This document shows positions 1-8,199 of a stretch of 54,780 nucleotides of DNA, piece by piece. Origin of the DNA: a virus (taxonomy: Duplodnaviria; Caudoviricetes); IMG/VR virus record IMGVR_UViG_3300027769_000037, positions 1-54,780 of that record. The stretch is one strand, 5' to 3'. The first letter of the stretch is position 1; each line of letters opens with the position of its first letter. The notes under the pieces were generated by a model. The model was given only the letters and a program-made list of their open reading frames with translations, was not told the DNA's origin and ran no database searches. The position numbers were made by a program, and so were the translations under genes.

Positions 1-105
1 TTTTCAGCAATAGTGATGCAACCAGAAGGAATTGATATAATTCATGAAGCATACATGTATATTAAAGGTCACTCACCAGAATTCACAGATGCGCAAGATG
101 TATAA
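1..105 (+). CDS. 3' end of a truncated phage protein (...IIHEAYMYIKGHSPEFTDAQDV*)
   Basis: Frame 1 is open from base 1 to TAA at 103-105; the start lies outside the window. Confidence 0.5.
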   Translation, partial: FSAIVMQPEGIDIIHEAYMYIKGHSPEFTDAQDV

Positions 106-378
106 TAAATAATATGATATGCCACTTGATTTTCCATCAAACCTCGACATCTCCCAAGTATATAACAGTAAAAGCAATACTTACCCAGGCATAATATGGT
201 AGACGATATAATTTTTTACGGAACTGAATTTTATATAAATCTTCCAACATATAGTTCTGGAACTATTTCCAGAATAGAGGCACAAAGCGAATACTTTGTT
301 CTTAGATTAGCATTACCAGAAAGAATCAGTATATCTTAAATATAAAAAACAAGAGAATATGATATAGTGCTCTAGAAT

Positions 379-406
379 TTGACATTCTAAATAGTAATGG
401 TATAAT
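379..406 (+). promoter_or_regulatory. sigma70-like promoter, leaderless, for dUTPase
   Basis: TTGACA(379-384)-N16-TATAAT(401-406) with TGG extended -10; ATG at 413 is 6 nt after the -10 box; no SD. Confidence 0.8.
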
Positions 407-412
407 TACATT

Positions 413-940
413 ATGAATCTACAAGTATATAAATTACAACCAAATGCGGCGGATATTAATTATTCCACCAAAAATTCAGCTTGTTTTGATATTTCTGCAT
501 ATTTTCATTATCAAAATTCATTTAAAACATATTCTAAAGACAATAAAGAAATTGAAATTTTAGGTATTCAAGATGATAATGGAAATGCATATGTTGAACT
601 TCCCCCAGAATGGAGAATGCTAGTTCCTACTGGACTAATTCTTGATATACCAGAACAACATTGCGTCAAGATTTATCCACGGTCTGGTATTTCTACAAAA
701 AAAGGATTGAATCTAATTAATTGTGTTGGTATAATTGACTCTGATTATGTGCAGCAATTAATGATCCCAGTTTATAATAATTCACAAGAGCGTTTACGAA
801 TATATGCTGGTGATCGTATAGCGCAGGGTGAGATGGTTTATCAACCACAAGTAAAAATTTCTTATATAAACGCAAGACCAGAACAAAAAACTGATCGAAA
901 TGGTGGATTTGGTTCAACTGGTATATCATGGACTCAGTAA
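413..940 (+). CDS. dut: dUTPase (trimeric)
   Basis: Motifs SACFD, PRSG, GIIDSDY, GDRIAQ, R-x-GGFGSTG. Confidence 0.95.
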   Translation: MNLQVYKLQPNAADINYSTKNSACFDISAYFHYQNSFKTYSKDNKEIEILGIQDDNGNAYVELPPEWRMLVPTGLILDIPEQHCVKIYPRSGISTKKGLNLINCVGIIDSDYVQQLMIPVYNNSQERLRIYAGDRIAQGEMVYQPQVKISYINARPEQKTDRNGGFGSTGISWTQ

Positions 941-2217
941 AAGATTTTATACACAATCATGCAGAATTTCATACTCTTATTCCAAATCTTTCTGAAGATG
1001 CTTGGAAAATATTAAATTCTAATTATTCCAAAGAAGAAATAAAAAAAGGATTGGCCGAATACATTATAGATGCATGTCCTTTATTTCCATTTAGAATAAT
1101 ATCAGAAGAAACTGTAAGGGAGAAATTTGTTTCTCTTCGCAGGGAAAATATATATTCATTTATTTCATATCCAAATAAACAAGATGTTGTTGAAAAATAT
1201 AACGACTACAAATATCCATATAAACAATATGGATTAGGATTGATAGAATTTGGACATTACTATAATGATATAAGTAACTATTTTCAACAAGAAAATAGGA
1301 TGGCTTGCCCATCCTATGGGTTTCCTTCTCCAATCGAAATATGGAAAGACAAAAATCTCTTGGAAAAGATGAATTGGATTTTTTGGAGAATGGGAACAAC
1401 AACTATAAATGCAACAAGTATTCGCGGATCGTTTAGACTTGGAGCATATGTTGCAACTCAATTTAAACCCCATGTTGCCAAAGTAATATATGATTATAAT
1501 AATAGCGAAATTATTTTAGATTTTAGCATGGGATGGGGAGATAGATTGGCTGGATTTTATACTTCCAGATCTTCTAAATATTATGGATGTGATCCCAATC
1601 CAAATACATTTAAAGTTTATAAGGACCAGTGTATTGCCTATGAAAAATATTTAGGATGTAATAATCCTATTATTATTCAAACAAAAGATAGATTTGAAAT
1701 AAAGGGAGTAAAACATTGCGTGATAATGAATCTTCCGGCCGAAGATATTGATTGGAAATCTGAAACAGGCGAAAGGGGAGTTGATTGTATATTTACATCT
1801 CCTCCTTATTTTTCCACTGAAATATACAACAAGGGCGGAGAAAAACAAGAAAATCAGTCATGGAGCAGGTATCCAGAATATGAAAACTGGAGAGATAAGT
1901 TTTTATTTCCGGTGTTATCTAAAACTTTTGAAGTTTTATCTGATACCGGATTTATGGCTATTAATATTATGGACCCAACAGTAAATCGTATTCGTCACAG
2001 AACTTGTGATGAAATGGTTGACTATGTTACAAAAGATTTAAATGGTATTTTTTATGGTCAATTGGGAATGAGAATAAAACAACGACCAAAGATTTTAAGT
2101 AAAAATGAATTAAAGAAACATTTATCATCTGATTTTATTGAAAATATTTGGTGTTTTGGGAAATGTGATTTAAATTTTAAGACAGAGCCTAATACTCTAG
2201 AAAGCGTTTTATTATGA
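928..2217 (+). CDS. DNA amino-methyltransferase (N4-C/N6-A type)
   Basis: SAM-binding LDFSMGWG..GCDPN and catalytic FTSPPY motifs. Confidence 0.85.
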   Translation: MDSVKDFIHNHAEFHTLIPNLSEDAWKILNSNYSKEEIKKGLAEYIIDACPLFPFRIISEETVREKFVSLRRENIYSFISYPNKQDVVEKYNDYKYPYKQYGLGLIEFGHYYNDISNYFQQENRMACPSYGFPSPIEIWKDKNLLEKMNWIFWRMGTTTINATSIRGSFRLGAYVATQFKPHVAKVIYDYNNSEIILDFSMGWGDRLAGFYTSRSSKYYGCDPNPNTFKVYKDQCIAYEKYLGCNNPIIIQTKDRFEIKGVKHCVIMNLPAEDIDWKSETGERGVDCIFTSPPYFSTEIYNKGGEKQENQSWSRYPEYENWRDKFLFPVLSKTFEVLSDTGFMAINIMDPTVNRIRHRTCDEMVDYVTKDLNGIFYGQLGMRIKQRPKILSKNELKKHLSSDFIENIWCFGKCDLNFKTEPNTLESVLL

Positions 2218-2528
2218 CAAAAGAAGAATTATTTGAAATGCATATAAAAATGTGTAATGATGCTTTGACTTTGATGAAAAAGAAAAATGCAGATTATGCC
2301 GGAAGTGGAGATGGCAATCCTTTTGCTAATTTTAAAAGAGCAGAATCAATGGGAATTTGCACCACCGAGCAGGCATTTTTAGTCAGAATTATTGATAAAA
2401 TATCTAGACTATCTTCTTATTCGTCAAATGGTAAACTTATTGTGGAAGATGAAACAGTTCACGACACATTAATTGATATGATTAATTATTGTGTTTTATT
2501 GTCTGCTTATTTGGAGGATAAACAATGA
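2214..2528 (+). CDS. nucleotide-modification-associated domain protein (DUF1599/Nmad-like, all-alpha)
   Basis: KKNADYA...NPFANF...DKISRL...ETVHDTLIDMINY pattern. Confidence 0.7.
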   Translation: MTKEELFEMHIKMCNDALTLMKKKNADYAGSGDGNPFANFKRAESMGICTTEQAFLVRIIDKISRLSSYSSNGKLIVEDETVHDTLIDMINYCVLLSAYLEDKQ

Positions 2529-3343
2529 ACATCATTGCTTATACTATAAATAGTCCAATGCAAATTAATTTGCCAAGTAAGAAAAGAGATTGGATGGATA
2601 AGACTCCAAATTCTTTTGCCTATAGATGTTTACCATTAACCATAGCAAATGGATATGGGTGGAATATATTAAATCCTTTTAAGTTTAGTGCAAAGTGGAA
2701 TGGTGGTATGAGTATAAATGATGTTGAGATAAATGAACCAACAAAATATAATTTTGTACAAAGTCACTTTGGTTCTGGTATAATAACCTTTAATATCGGT
2801 TTTTTATTAAAAACAGATGAAGGTGTTAATATTTACGCAAAAGGTCCTGCTAATAATCCAAAAAGAGGAATAAGTGCATTAGAGGGTATAATAGAAACTG
2901 ATTGGTTGCCTTATACTTTTACTATGAATTGGAAAATAACAGAACCAAACTATGAAATAGTATTTGAGCAAGATGAACCTATTTGTACATTTTTCCCAAT
3001 AGAACGAGGTTTCTTAGAACAACATAATCCAGAAATAAGAAGTATTTCTGAAAATGAAAAATTAAATAAAGATCTTTCTGAATGGGGAAGGCATAGAGAG
3101 CAACACTCAAGACGATGTTTTTTGGATAATGTCGAAGATCGTGGAATAAAGCATTATTTGAGGGGAGAATATCCAGATGGGCAAAAAGCAAAAGAGCATC
3201 AGGTAAATGTTACGGCAAAGCCATTTAATATAATTACTAAGTATGATAAACCATATTCTGCCTGGCCTGTGTTTTCTACAAAGATAAAAGAATCTAAAGA
3301 TAGTCCGTGTTACGATAATTGTTGTCTTGAAAGTTACAAATGA
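2525..3343 (+). CDS. DUF6065-like conserved protein
   Basis: RDWMD.T...FAYRCLPLTIAN.YGW and GIIETDWLPYTFTMNW patterns. Confidence 0.7.
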   Translation: MNIIAYTINSPMQINLPSKKRDWMDKTPNSFAYRCLPLTIANGYGWNILNPFKFSAKWNGGMSINDVEINEPTKYNFVQSHFGSGIITFNIGFLLKTDEGVNIYAKGPANNPKRGISALEGIIETDWLPYTFTMNWKITEPNYEIVFEQDEPICTFFPIERGFLEQHNPEIRSISENEKLNKDLSEWGRHREQHSRRCFLDNVEDRGIKHYLRGEYPDGQKAKEHQVNVTAKPFNIITKYDKPYSAWPVFSTKIKESKDSPCYDNCCLESYK

Positions 3344-4809
3344 AATTTTATACAAATGTATATGCTTACGGCAATAAAATACTTGTTAGATATTATGATA
3401 ATGGAGATAAGAGACAGGACGAAAAATATTTCGAACCGTCTTTATTTGTTTCTTCTACTAAACCTGCAAAATTTAAAAGCATTTATAATAAACATCTAAC
3501 TGAAATGAAATTTTCAAATAGAGAAGAATACAATGAATTTATTGAACAATATTCAAATATAAATGGATTTGAAATACACGGTGAAATTGGAGTAGAATAT
3601 CAATATATTAGAAAATATTATGAAAAGTGTGAATCTGATATTTCAAAACTTGATATTCTCTATTTGGATATTGAGACTACTTGTGAAGATGGGTTTCCAA
3701 ACATTGAAGACCCAGAAGAACAAGTTATTGCCATAACAGTTAAAAGAAAAAATAAAACTCCAGTAGTTTTTTGTCTTGGTGAATATTCTGGCAATGAAGA
3801 TATCCGAAAATATTCAGATGAAACTAAACTTTTATCTGATTTTGTTTCTTATATTTCTGATGATTATCCTGATATAATTACTGGTTGGAGTGTTAGATTT
3901 TTTGATATCCCATATCTGTATAATCGTATTGTTAGGTTGTTTGGAGTTAAATACGCAAAGAGACTTTCACCTTGGAATATCATTAGAGATAAAACAATAA
4001 ACAGAAATGGTTATGATGTAAAGGTTTATGATCTTATTGGTATTTCTACACTAGATTATTATGAATTGTATAAAACATTTACATATACTAATCAGGAATC
4101 TTATAAATTAGATCATATTGCTTCCATAGAGCTAGGTGAGCGAAAACTTTCCTATGATGAATATGAAACTATTCAAGATTTTTATAAGGGGAATTTTCAA
4201 AAGTTTATTGAGTATAATATACAAGATGTTTTACTAGTTGAGAAACTAGAGAATAAACTAAAGTTAATGGAACTTGCAATTTCTTTAGCTTATTCTGCTG
4301 GTGTTAATTACAATGATGTTTTTTCTCAAGTAAAAACATGGGATGTTATTATTTACAACTTTTTAATGGATAAAGGTATAATTATCCCACCAAAGAAAAA
4401 ATCATCAAAGGACGAGAAATATGCAGGAGCATATGTAAAAGAACCTTTAGTCGGTTTGCATAATTGGGTTCTTAGTTTTGATTTAAATTCTCTTTATCCT
4501 CATTTAATCATGCAATATAATATTTCACCAGAAACTGCCGTAATCCAAGGCCTTCGTGGAACCGTAACGCCAGATGGTGTTCTAACAAATGGTTCGGTAA
4601 CTATGAAAAGTTTAATTGAAAATAAGGAAAAGAATCTTTCTACGGCGGCAAATGGCACAACATATCAAAAAGATATTCGAGGATTTTTGCCTGAATTGAT
4701 GGATAAGATGTATCAAGATCGTAAACTTTTTAAAAATAAAATGATTGAGGCAAAAAAACAATTAGAGAAAGTAAATCTTGAAATTAAAAACAGAGGACTT
4801 GACTCTTAA
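3340..4809 (+). CDS. 43A: family B DNA polymerase, N-terminal subunit (gp43A: exonuclease, palm motif A, first fingers helix)
   Basis: ExoI DIET, ExoII GWSVRFFD, ExoIII YNIQD, GAYVKEP, motif A DLNSLYP. Ends after MYQDRKLFKNKM; motifs B and C are absent. Confidence 0.93.
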   Translation: MKFYTNVYAYGNKILVRYYDNGDKRQDEKYFEPSLFVSSTKPAKFKSIYNKHLTEMKFSNREEYNEFIEQYSNINGFEIHGEIGVEYQYIRKYYEKCESDISKLDILYLDIETTCEDGFPNIEDPEEQVIAITVKRKNKTPVVFCLGEYSGNEDIRKYSDETKLLSDFVSYISDDYPDIITGWSVRFFDIPYLYNRIVRLFGVKYAKRLSPWNIIRDKTINRNGYDVKVYDLIGISTLDYYELYKTFTYTNQESYKLDHIASIELGERKLSYDEYETIQDFYKGNFQKFIEYNIQDVLLVEKLENKLKLMELAISLAYSAGVNYNDVFSQVKTWDVIIYNFLMDKGIIIPPKKKSSKDEKYAGAYVKEPLVGLHNWVLSFDLNSLYPHLIMQYNISPETAVIQGLRGTVTPDGVLTNGSVTMKSLIENKEKNLSTAANGTTYQKDIRGFLPELMDKMYQDRKLFKNKMIEAKKQLEKVNLEIKNRGLDS

Positions 4810-4826
4810 TTGTTGAATGATATAAT
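4799..4826 (+). promoter_or_regulatory. sigma70-like leaderless promoter overlapping the end of 43A
   Basis: TTGACT-N16-TATAAT, TGA extended -10; ATG at 4833 is 6 nt downstream. Confidence 0.8.
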
Positions 4827-4832
4827 ACTTAA

Positions 4833-5387
4833 ATGGAGACAAGAAATGTCATCGACCACTACCACTACTGGAAGCACGAAGATATCCTCGCGGACCTCGA
4901 CTCTAAAAGGAACAATTTTACGATACTGTGCAGTAATTTATATAACGATTTCAATATCGCTACAGTCATTCGTAATGCGAATGCGTTCTTGGCTTCAAAG
5001 GTAATTGTTTATGGTTCTAAACAATATGATCGTAGAGGCACCGTAGGTACTCATCGTTATACCCATTTTACCTATTGCAAAACAACAATAGACCTAATTG
5101 ATGAAATGAAGAATATTTTTAATTCTCATACGAGTGCAAAGCTCATTGGAATTGATAATATTTCTACTGCTCAACCAATTGAAACTTACCAATGGGATGC
5201 CAATACACATTATATTATTGCTCTTGGTCAAGAGCAAGTAGGTCTTCCAAAGGAAATTATTCAAATGTGTGCTGAGTTGCTTTATATTAAGCAATATGGT
5301 TCTGTTCGCAGCCTAAATGTAGGAACGGCATCTGGAATCGTAATGTATGATTATTGCTCAAAGGTTTTAAACAATGTCACTGCCTGA
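4833..5387 (+). CDS. SpoU/TrmH-TrmL family (SPOUT) RNA 2'-O-methyltransferase
   Basis: SPOUT motifs N-IATVIRNANAF, LGQEQVGL, YGSVRSLNVGTASGIVMY. Confidence 0.88.
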   Translation: METRNVIDHYHYWKHEDILADLDSKRNNFTILCSNLYNDFNIATVIRNANAFLASKVIVYGSKQYDRRGTVGTHRYTHFTYCKTTIDLIDEMKNIFNSHTSAKLIGIDNISTAQPIETYQWDANTHYIIALGQEQVGLPKEIIQMCAELLYIKQYGSVRSLNVGTASGIVMYDYCSKVLNNVTA

Positions 5388-5565
5388 AGAAGAAAAACAC
5401 GCTCTGGAACAAACTAAAAACTTTCTGTTTGATTTGCTCGATCCAAAGAAAACTCCCAGAGTGCCGCGTGATGTAAGGAAACGAGCAAGCAGATGTTTAA
5501 AACATTATCCAATAGTCATTGACTTTTTTATAGAACGATGTATAATGGATAAACAAGACAACTGA
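5374..5565 (+). CDS. small conserved phage protein
   Basis: 63-aa ORF with PKKTPRVPRDVRKRASRCLKHYP, a motif recurrent in phage hypotheticals. Confidence 0.6.
   Translation: MSLPEEEKHALEQTKNFLFDLLDPKKTPRVPRDVRKRASRCLKHYPIVIDFFIERCIMDKQDN
5519..5546 (+). promoter_or_regulatory. sigma70-like promoter for tRNA cluster
   Basis: TTGACT-N16-TATAAT, 24 nt upstream of tRNA-Leu(TAA). Confidence 0.7.
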
Positions 5566-5570
5566 ACAAC

Positions 5571-5654
5571 GGGATTGTGGTGTAATTGGCAGCCACCTTA
5601 GACTTAAAATCTAATGCCTACAAAGGCGTGCGGGTTCGAGTCCCGCCAATCCCA
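5571..5654 (+). tRNA. tRNA-Leu(TAA)
   Basis: Acceptor GGGATTG/CAATCCC, anticodon arm TTAGA-CTTAAAA-TCTAA, long variable arm, T-loop TTCGAGT. Confidence 0.93.
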
Positions 5655-5659
5655 TTAAA

Positions 5660-5701
5660 AAGGCAATTCGTATATATAGTAATAGGAGTACGAATTGCCT
5701 T
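5660..5701 (+). promoter_or_regulatory. 13-bp hairpin over the HNH translation start region, with late-promoter-like TATATATA in its loop
   Basis: AAGGCAATTCGTA(5660-5672)/TACGAATTGCCTT(5689-5701); GGAG at 5685-5688; ATG at 5702. Confidence 0.75.
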
Positions 5702-6232
5702 ATGAAGACTTATGGTAGGTTAAATAAAATCGGTAAAGACAAATTACAAGAGTTAGCAAACAATTGTAAAAGTTTAGCAGGGTTAATAGAACAATTGGGT
5801 TATAGTAAAACTGCTGGTGGAACATTTTCTGTTGTTAAAAAGTATCTACAACTATATCAAATAGATACATCTCATTGGACAGGTAGAGCATGGAATAAAG
5901 GTCAGCAATTAAAAGATTGGTCGAAATATGCCAATCATCAATATTGTAAAAAACATTTAATATCAGAAAGAACTCATAGATGTGAGTTGTGTGGATTGAC
6001 AGAATGGCATGAATCTCGTATTCCTTTGGAGATTCACCACAAAGACGGTAACAGAACAAATAATGAATACGATAACTTACAATTACTTTGTCCAAACTGT
6101 CATTCATTAACAGATACTTGGAAAGGTAGAAATAAAAAACACCAAAGTGGTGAAATGGCATACACGATTGATTCAAAATCAATTGCCGAGAGGCGTGTGG
6201 GTTCAAGTCCCACCTTTGGTATTCCTTTGTAG
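5702..6232 (+). CDS. HNH (free-standing homing) endonuclease
   Basis: CELC...LEIHHKDGNRTNNEYDNLQLLCPNCH. Confidence 0.9.
   Translation: MKTYGRLNKIGKDKLQELANNCKSLAGLIEQLGYSKTAGGTFSVVKKYLQLYQIDTSHWTGRAWNKGQQLKDWSKYANHQYCKKHLISERTHRCELCGLTEWHESRIPLEIHHKDGNRTNNEYDNLQLLCPNCHSLTDTWKGRNKKHQSGEMAYTIDSKSIAERRVGSSPTFGIPL
6141..6221 (+). tRNA. tRNA-Leu(CAA)
   Basis: Acceptor ACCAAAG/CTTTGGT, anticodon arm ATTGA-TTCAAAA-TCAAT, long variable arm, GTGGG-TTCAAGT-CCCAC. Confidence 0.92.
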
Positions 6233-6293
6233 TGAAATGGTATCACAGAAGATTTTGGTTCTTTTTTTCTTGGTTCGAATCCAAGCAAAGGAA
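6223..6293 (+). tRNA. tRNA-Gln(TTG)
   Basis: Acceptor TCCTTTG/CAAAGGA, anticodon arm GAAGA-TTTTGGT-TCTTT, CTTGG-TTCGAAT-CCAAG. Confidence 0.88.
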
Positions 6294-6336
6294 TTATCAA
6301 TTCATAAATTAAAAAACTGTTGACATTAAGTTAATT

Positions 6337-6407
6337 GTGGGTATGATGTAGTGGTAACATAAGAGTTTTCCAAACTTTTCTCACGGGTTCGAATCCCGTT
6401 ACCCGCT
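6337..6407 (+). tRNA. tRNA-Gly(TCC)
   Basis: Acceptor GTGGGTA/TACCCGC, anticodon arm AGAGT-TTTCCAA-ACTTT, ACGGG-TTCGAAT-CCCGT. Confidence 0.9.
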
Positions 6408-6424
6408 TTATTAGGATTTTTACT

Positions 6425-6982
6425 ATGGCCTTCAACGCAAAAACTATCAAAAATTTTATTCAAAACGATCAATGTCAACTTCTTGTTAATTATGCAAAAC
6501 AAACTGATAAGTGGGAAAAAACAAGCGATCCGTTCTGGGATGGTCGGGTTCTTCGACCATATCTTGTACCAGATCCTATTAAAAATACTCTAAGAACAAT
6601 TCTATTTTCAATTAAAAAAACAATAGAATTGGAATATAATCTTGATCAAGAAATATTTCCTGACACCTATGATATGATTAGATGGTTTCCGGGTATGAGT
6701 CAAGAACCACATTGTGATGATATGTCTGGAACATCTGCTCATAATCATTTTGGTCATAGATATTTTGGATGTGTTCTTTATCTAAATGAAGATTATGAAG
6801 GTGGTCATACTTTTTATCCAAAACAAAATTTTGATATCACTCCTGAGATTGGTAAACTAGCTATTCATTTGGGCGATTGTGAACATATGCATGGTGTGAC
6901 CGAAATTAAAAACAATACAAGATATACGATAGCTAGTTTTTGGACTTTTGATAAAACTAGGTCAAGTTTATATAATTTTTAA
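6425..6982 (+). CDS. 2OG-Fe(II) oxygenase (prolyl-hydroxylase-like)
   Basis: HxD (PHCDD), YLNEDYEGG, HGVTEI...RYT. Confidence 0.88.
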   Translation: MAFNAKTIKNFIQNDQCQLLVNYAKQTDKWEKTSDPFWDGRVLRPYLVPDPIKNTLRTILFSIKKTIELEYNLDQEIFPDTYDMIRWFPGMSQEPHCDDMSGTSAHNHFGHRYFGCVLYLNEDYEGGHTFYPKQNFDITPEIGKLAIHLGDCEHMHGVTEIKNNTRYTIASFWTFDKTRSSLYNF

Positions 6983-6988
6983 TAATAT

Positions 6989-7061
6989 TCTCTGATAGCT
7001 CAGCAGGTAGAGCGGCGAGCTGTTAACTCGCATGTCACTGGTTCGAATCCAGTTCGGAGAG
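6989..7061 (+). tRNA. tRNA-Asn(GTT)
   Basis: Acceptor TCTCTGA/TCGGAGA, GCGAG-CTGTTAA-CTCGC, ACTGG-TTCGAAT-CCAGT. Confidence 0.93.
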
Positions 7062-7064
7062 TTT

Positions 7065-7136
7065 GCCATCTTAGCTCAGCGGTAGAGCCATGCTTTTGTA
7101 AAGCATAGGTCGTGAGTTCGAATCTCACAGGTGGCT
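7065..7136 (+). tRNA. tRNA-Thr(TGT)
   Basis: Acceptor GCCATCT/AGGTGGC, ATGCT-TTTGTAA-AGCAT, GTGAG-TTCGAAT-CTCAC. Confidence 0.93.
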
Positions 7137-7138
7137 TT

Positions 7139-7420
7139 ATGAAATCCAAAATTAAATTAAAAATTAACAATAAAGATTGGATAATTAAATTAGTCCATCC
7201 TAAATATTTACCAGAGTCGTATGGAGAGTGTGATGATGCTTATGATGTGGATAATAAAAAACCACAGATTTGGATAAGGAATGATCTATCTAAAAAAGAT
7301 ACTGTTACTACTCTTATACATGAAATCTTACATGCATCGCGCCCTGAGTTATGTGAGGAAGCTGTTGACTACACTTCAACTGTGATTGGTAATGCTTTGG
7401 AAAAAATGGAGTATATATGA
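7139..7420 (+). CDS. small HExxH metallopeptidase-like protein
   Basis: TLIHEILHA. Start moved to ATG 7139 because the listed GTG start lies inside tRNA-Thr. Confidence 0.65.
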   Translation: MKSKIKLKINNKDWIIKLVHPKYLPESYGECDDAYDVDNKKPQIWIRNDLSKKDTVTTLIHEILHASRPELCEEAVDYTSTVIGNALEKMEYI

Positions 7421-7614
7421 ACAATTATATTGCTGGTCTAGGTTATAAAGAAGGATATCAAGATAGAATGTTGGGTAAACCAAATCGTTATGTAATTCGT
7501 ATAGAAGACACACCGTTTTGGGAAGAATATAATGTAGGATACTCAGAAGCTTCTCGCCGTATTCTTGAAGATGCCCGTAGCAAAATAGATACTCGTGATT
7601 TTCTTGTAGAATGA
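7417..7614 (+). CDS. hypothetical protein
   Basis: ATGA-coupled to both neighbours; GGAG SD upstream. Confidence 0.6.
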   Translation: MNNYIAGLGYKEGYQDRMLGKPNRYVIRIEDTPFWEEYNVGYSEASRRILEDARSKIDTRDFLVE

Positions 7615-8162
7615 TTTACTTTATAAGCGACACACATTTTAATCATAATAATATTCTCAAATATACTAATAGGCATCTTCTCTATGAGAATGTTGCTGAG
7701 ATGAATAAATCTCTAATTGAGAATATAAATTCTGTTGTGACCAAGAAAGATACCTTGTATCATCTTGGAGATTTTTGTATGGATAAAAATATTCATTGGC
7801 TAAAGAAAACAAATGAAATTCTCGATCATCTTAAATGTAAGAATATTCATTTGATTCTCGGAAACCATGATCCAAAACCAACTTCAGAATATCTCAAGAA
7901 AGCAAAGTTCAAGAGTGTAAATACATATTTTGAACTTAATTATAAGAAACATGGTATTTGTCTTTCTCATTATCCACTCCATACTTGGAACAAATCATGT
8001 CCAATAAACCTACATGGTCATTGTCATGGAAAGCTAGGATTTATAACTTCACCTCGAAAAGATGATTTCATGCGATTTGATATAGGGGTTGACTCAGATT
8101 CTTTGAACTATAAACCTATCGCAATAGAAAGACTTCTTGAACTTTACAATCTACACAAGTAA
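7611..8162 (+). CDS. calcineurin-like metallophosphoesterase
   Basis: DTH, HLGD, GNHD, SHYP, HGHCH motifs. Confidence 0.9.
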   Translation: MIYFISDTHFNHNNILKYTNRHLLYENVAEMNKSLIENINSVVTKKDTLYHLGDFCMDKNIHWLKKTNEILDHLKCKNIHLILGNHDPKPTSEYLKKAKFKSVNTYFELNYKKHGICLSHYPLHTWNKSCPINLHGHCHGKLGFITSPRKDDFMRFDIGVDSDSLNYKPIAIERLLELYNLHK

Positions 8163-8184
8163 TGCTTGTGTAGATTTTTTTATT
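8148..8184 (+). terminator. intrinsic terminator closing the polymerase insert
   Basis: AATCTACACAAG-TAATG-CTTGTGTAGATT followed by a T tract. Confidence 0.75.
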
Positions 8185-8193
8185 TGATAAAAT
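8166..8193 (+). promoter_or_regulatory. leaderless promoter for 43B, overlapping the terminator
   Basis: TTGTGT-N16-TAAAAT with TGA extension; ATG at 8200 is 6 nt downstream, the same geometry as at 413 and 4833. Confidence 0.6.
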
Positions 8194-8199
8194 ATGAAA

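Noticed and set aside
119-339. Two tiny ORFs (MPLDFPSN… 119-202; MVDDII… 196-339)
   Set aside because: Possibly remnants of a fibre-type gene, but too short to support a call.
7112-7138. GTG start of ORF 7112-7420
   Set aside because: It lies inside tRNA-Thr; ATG at 7139 is preferred.
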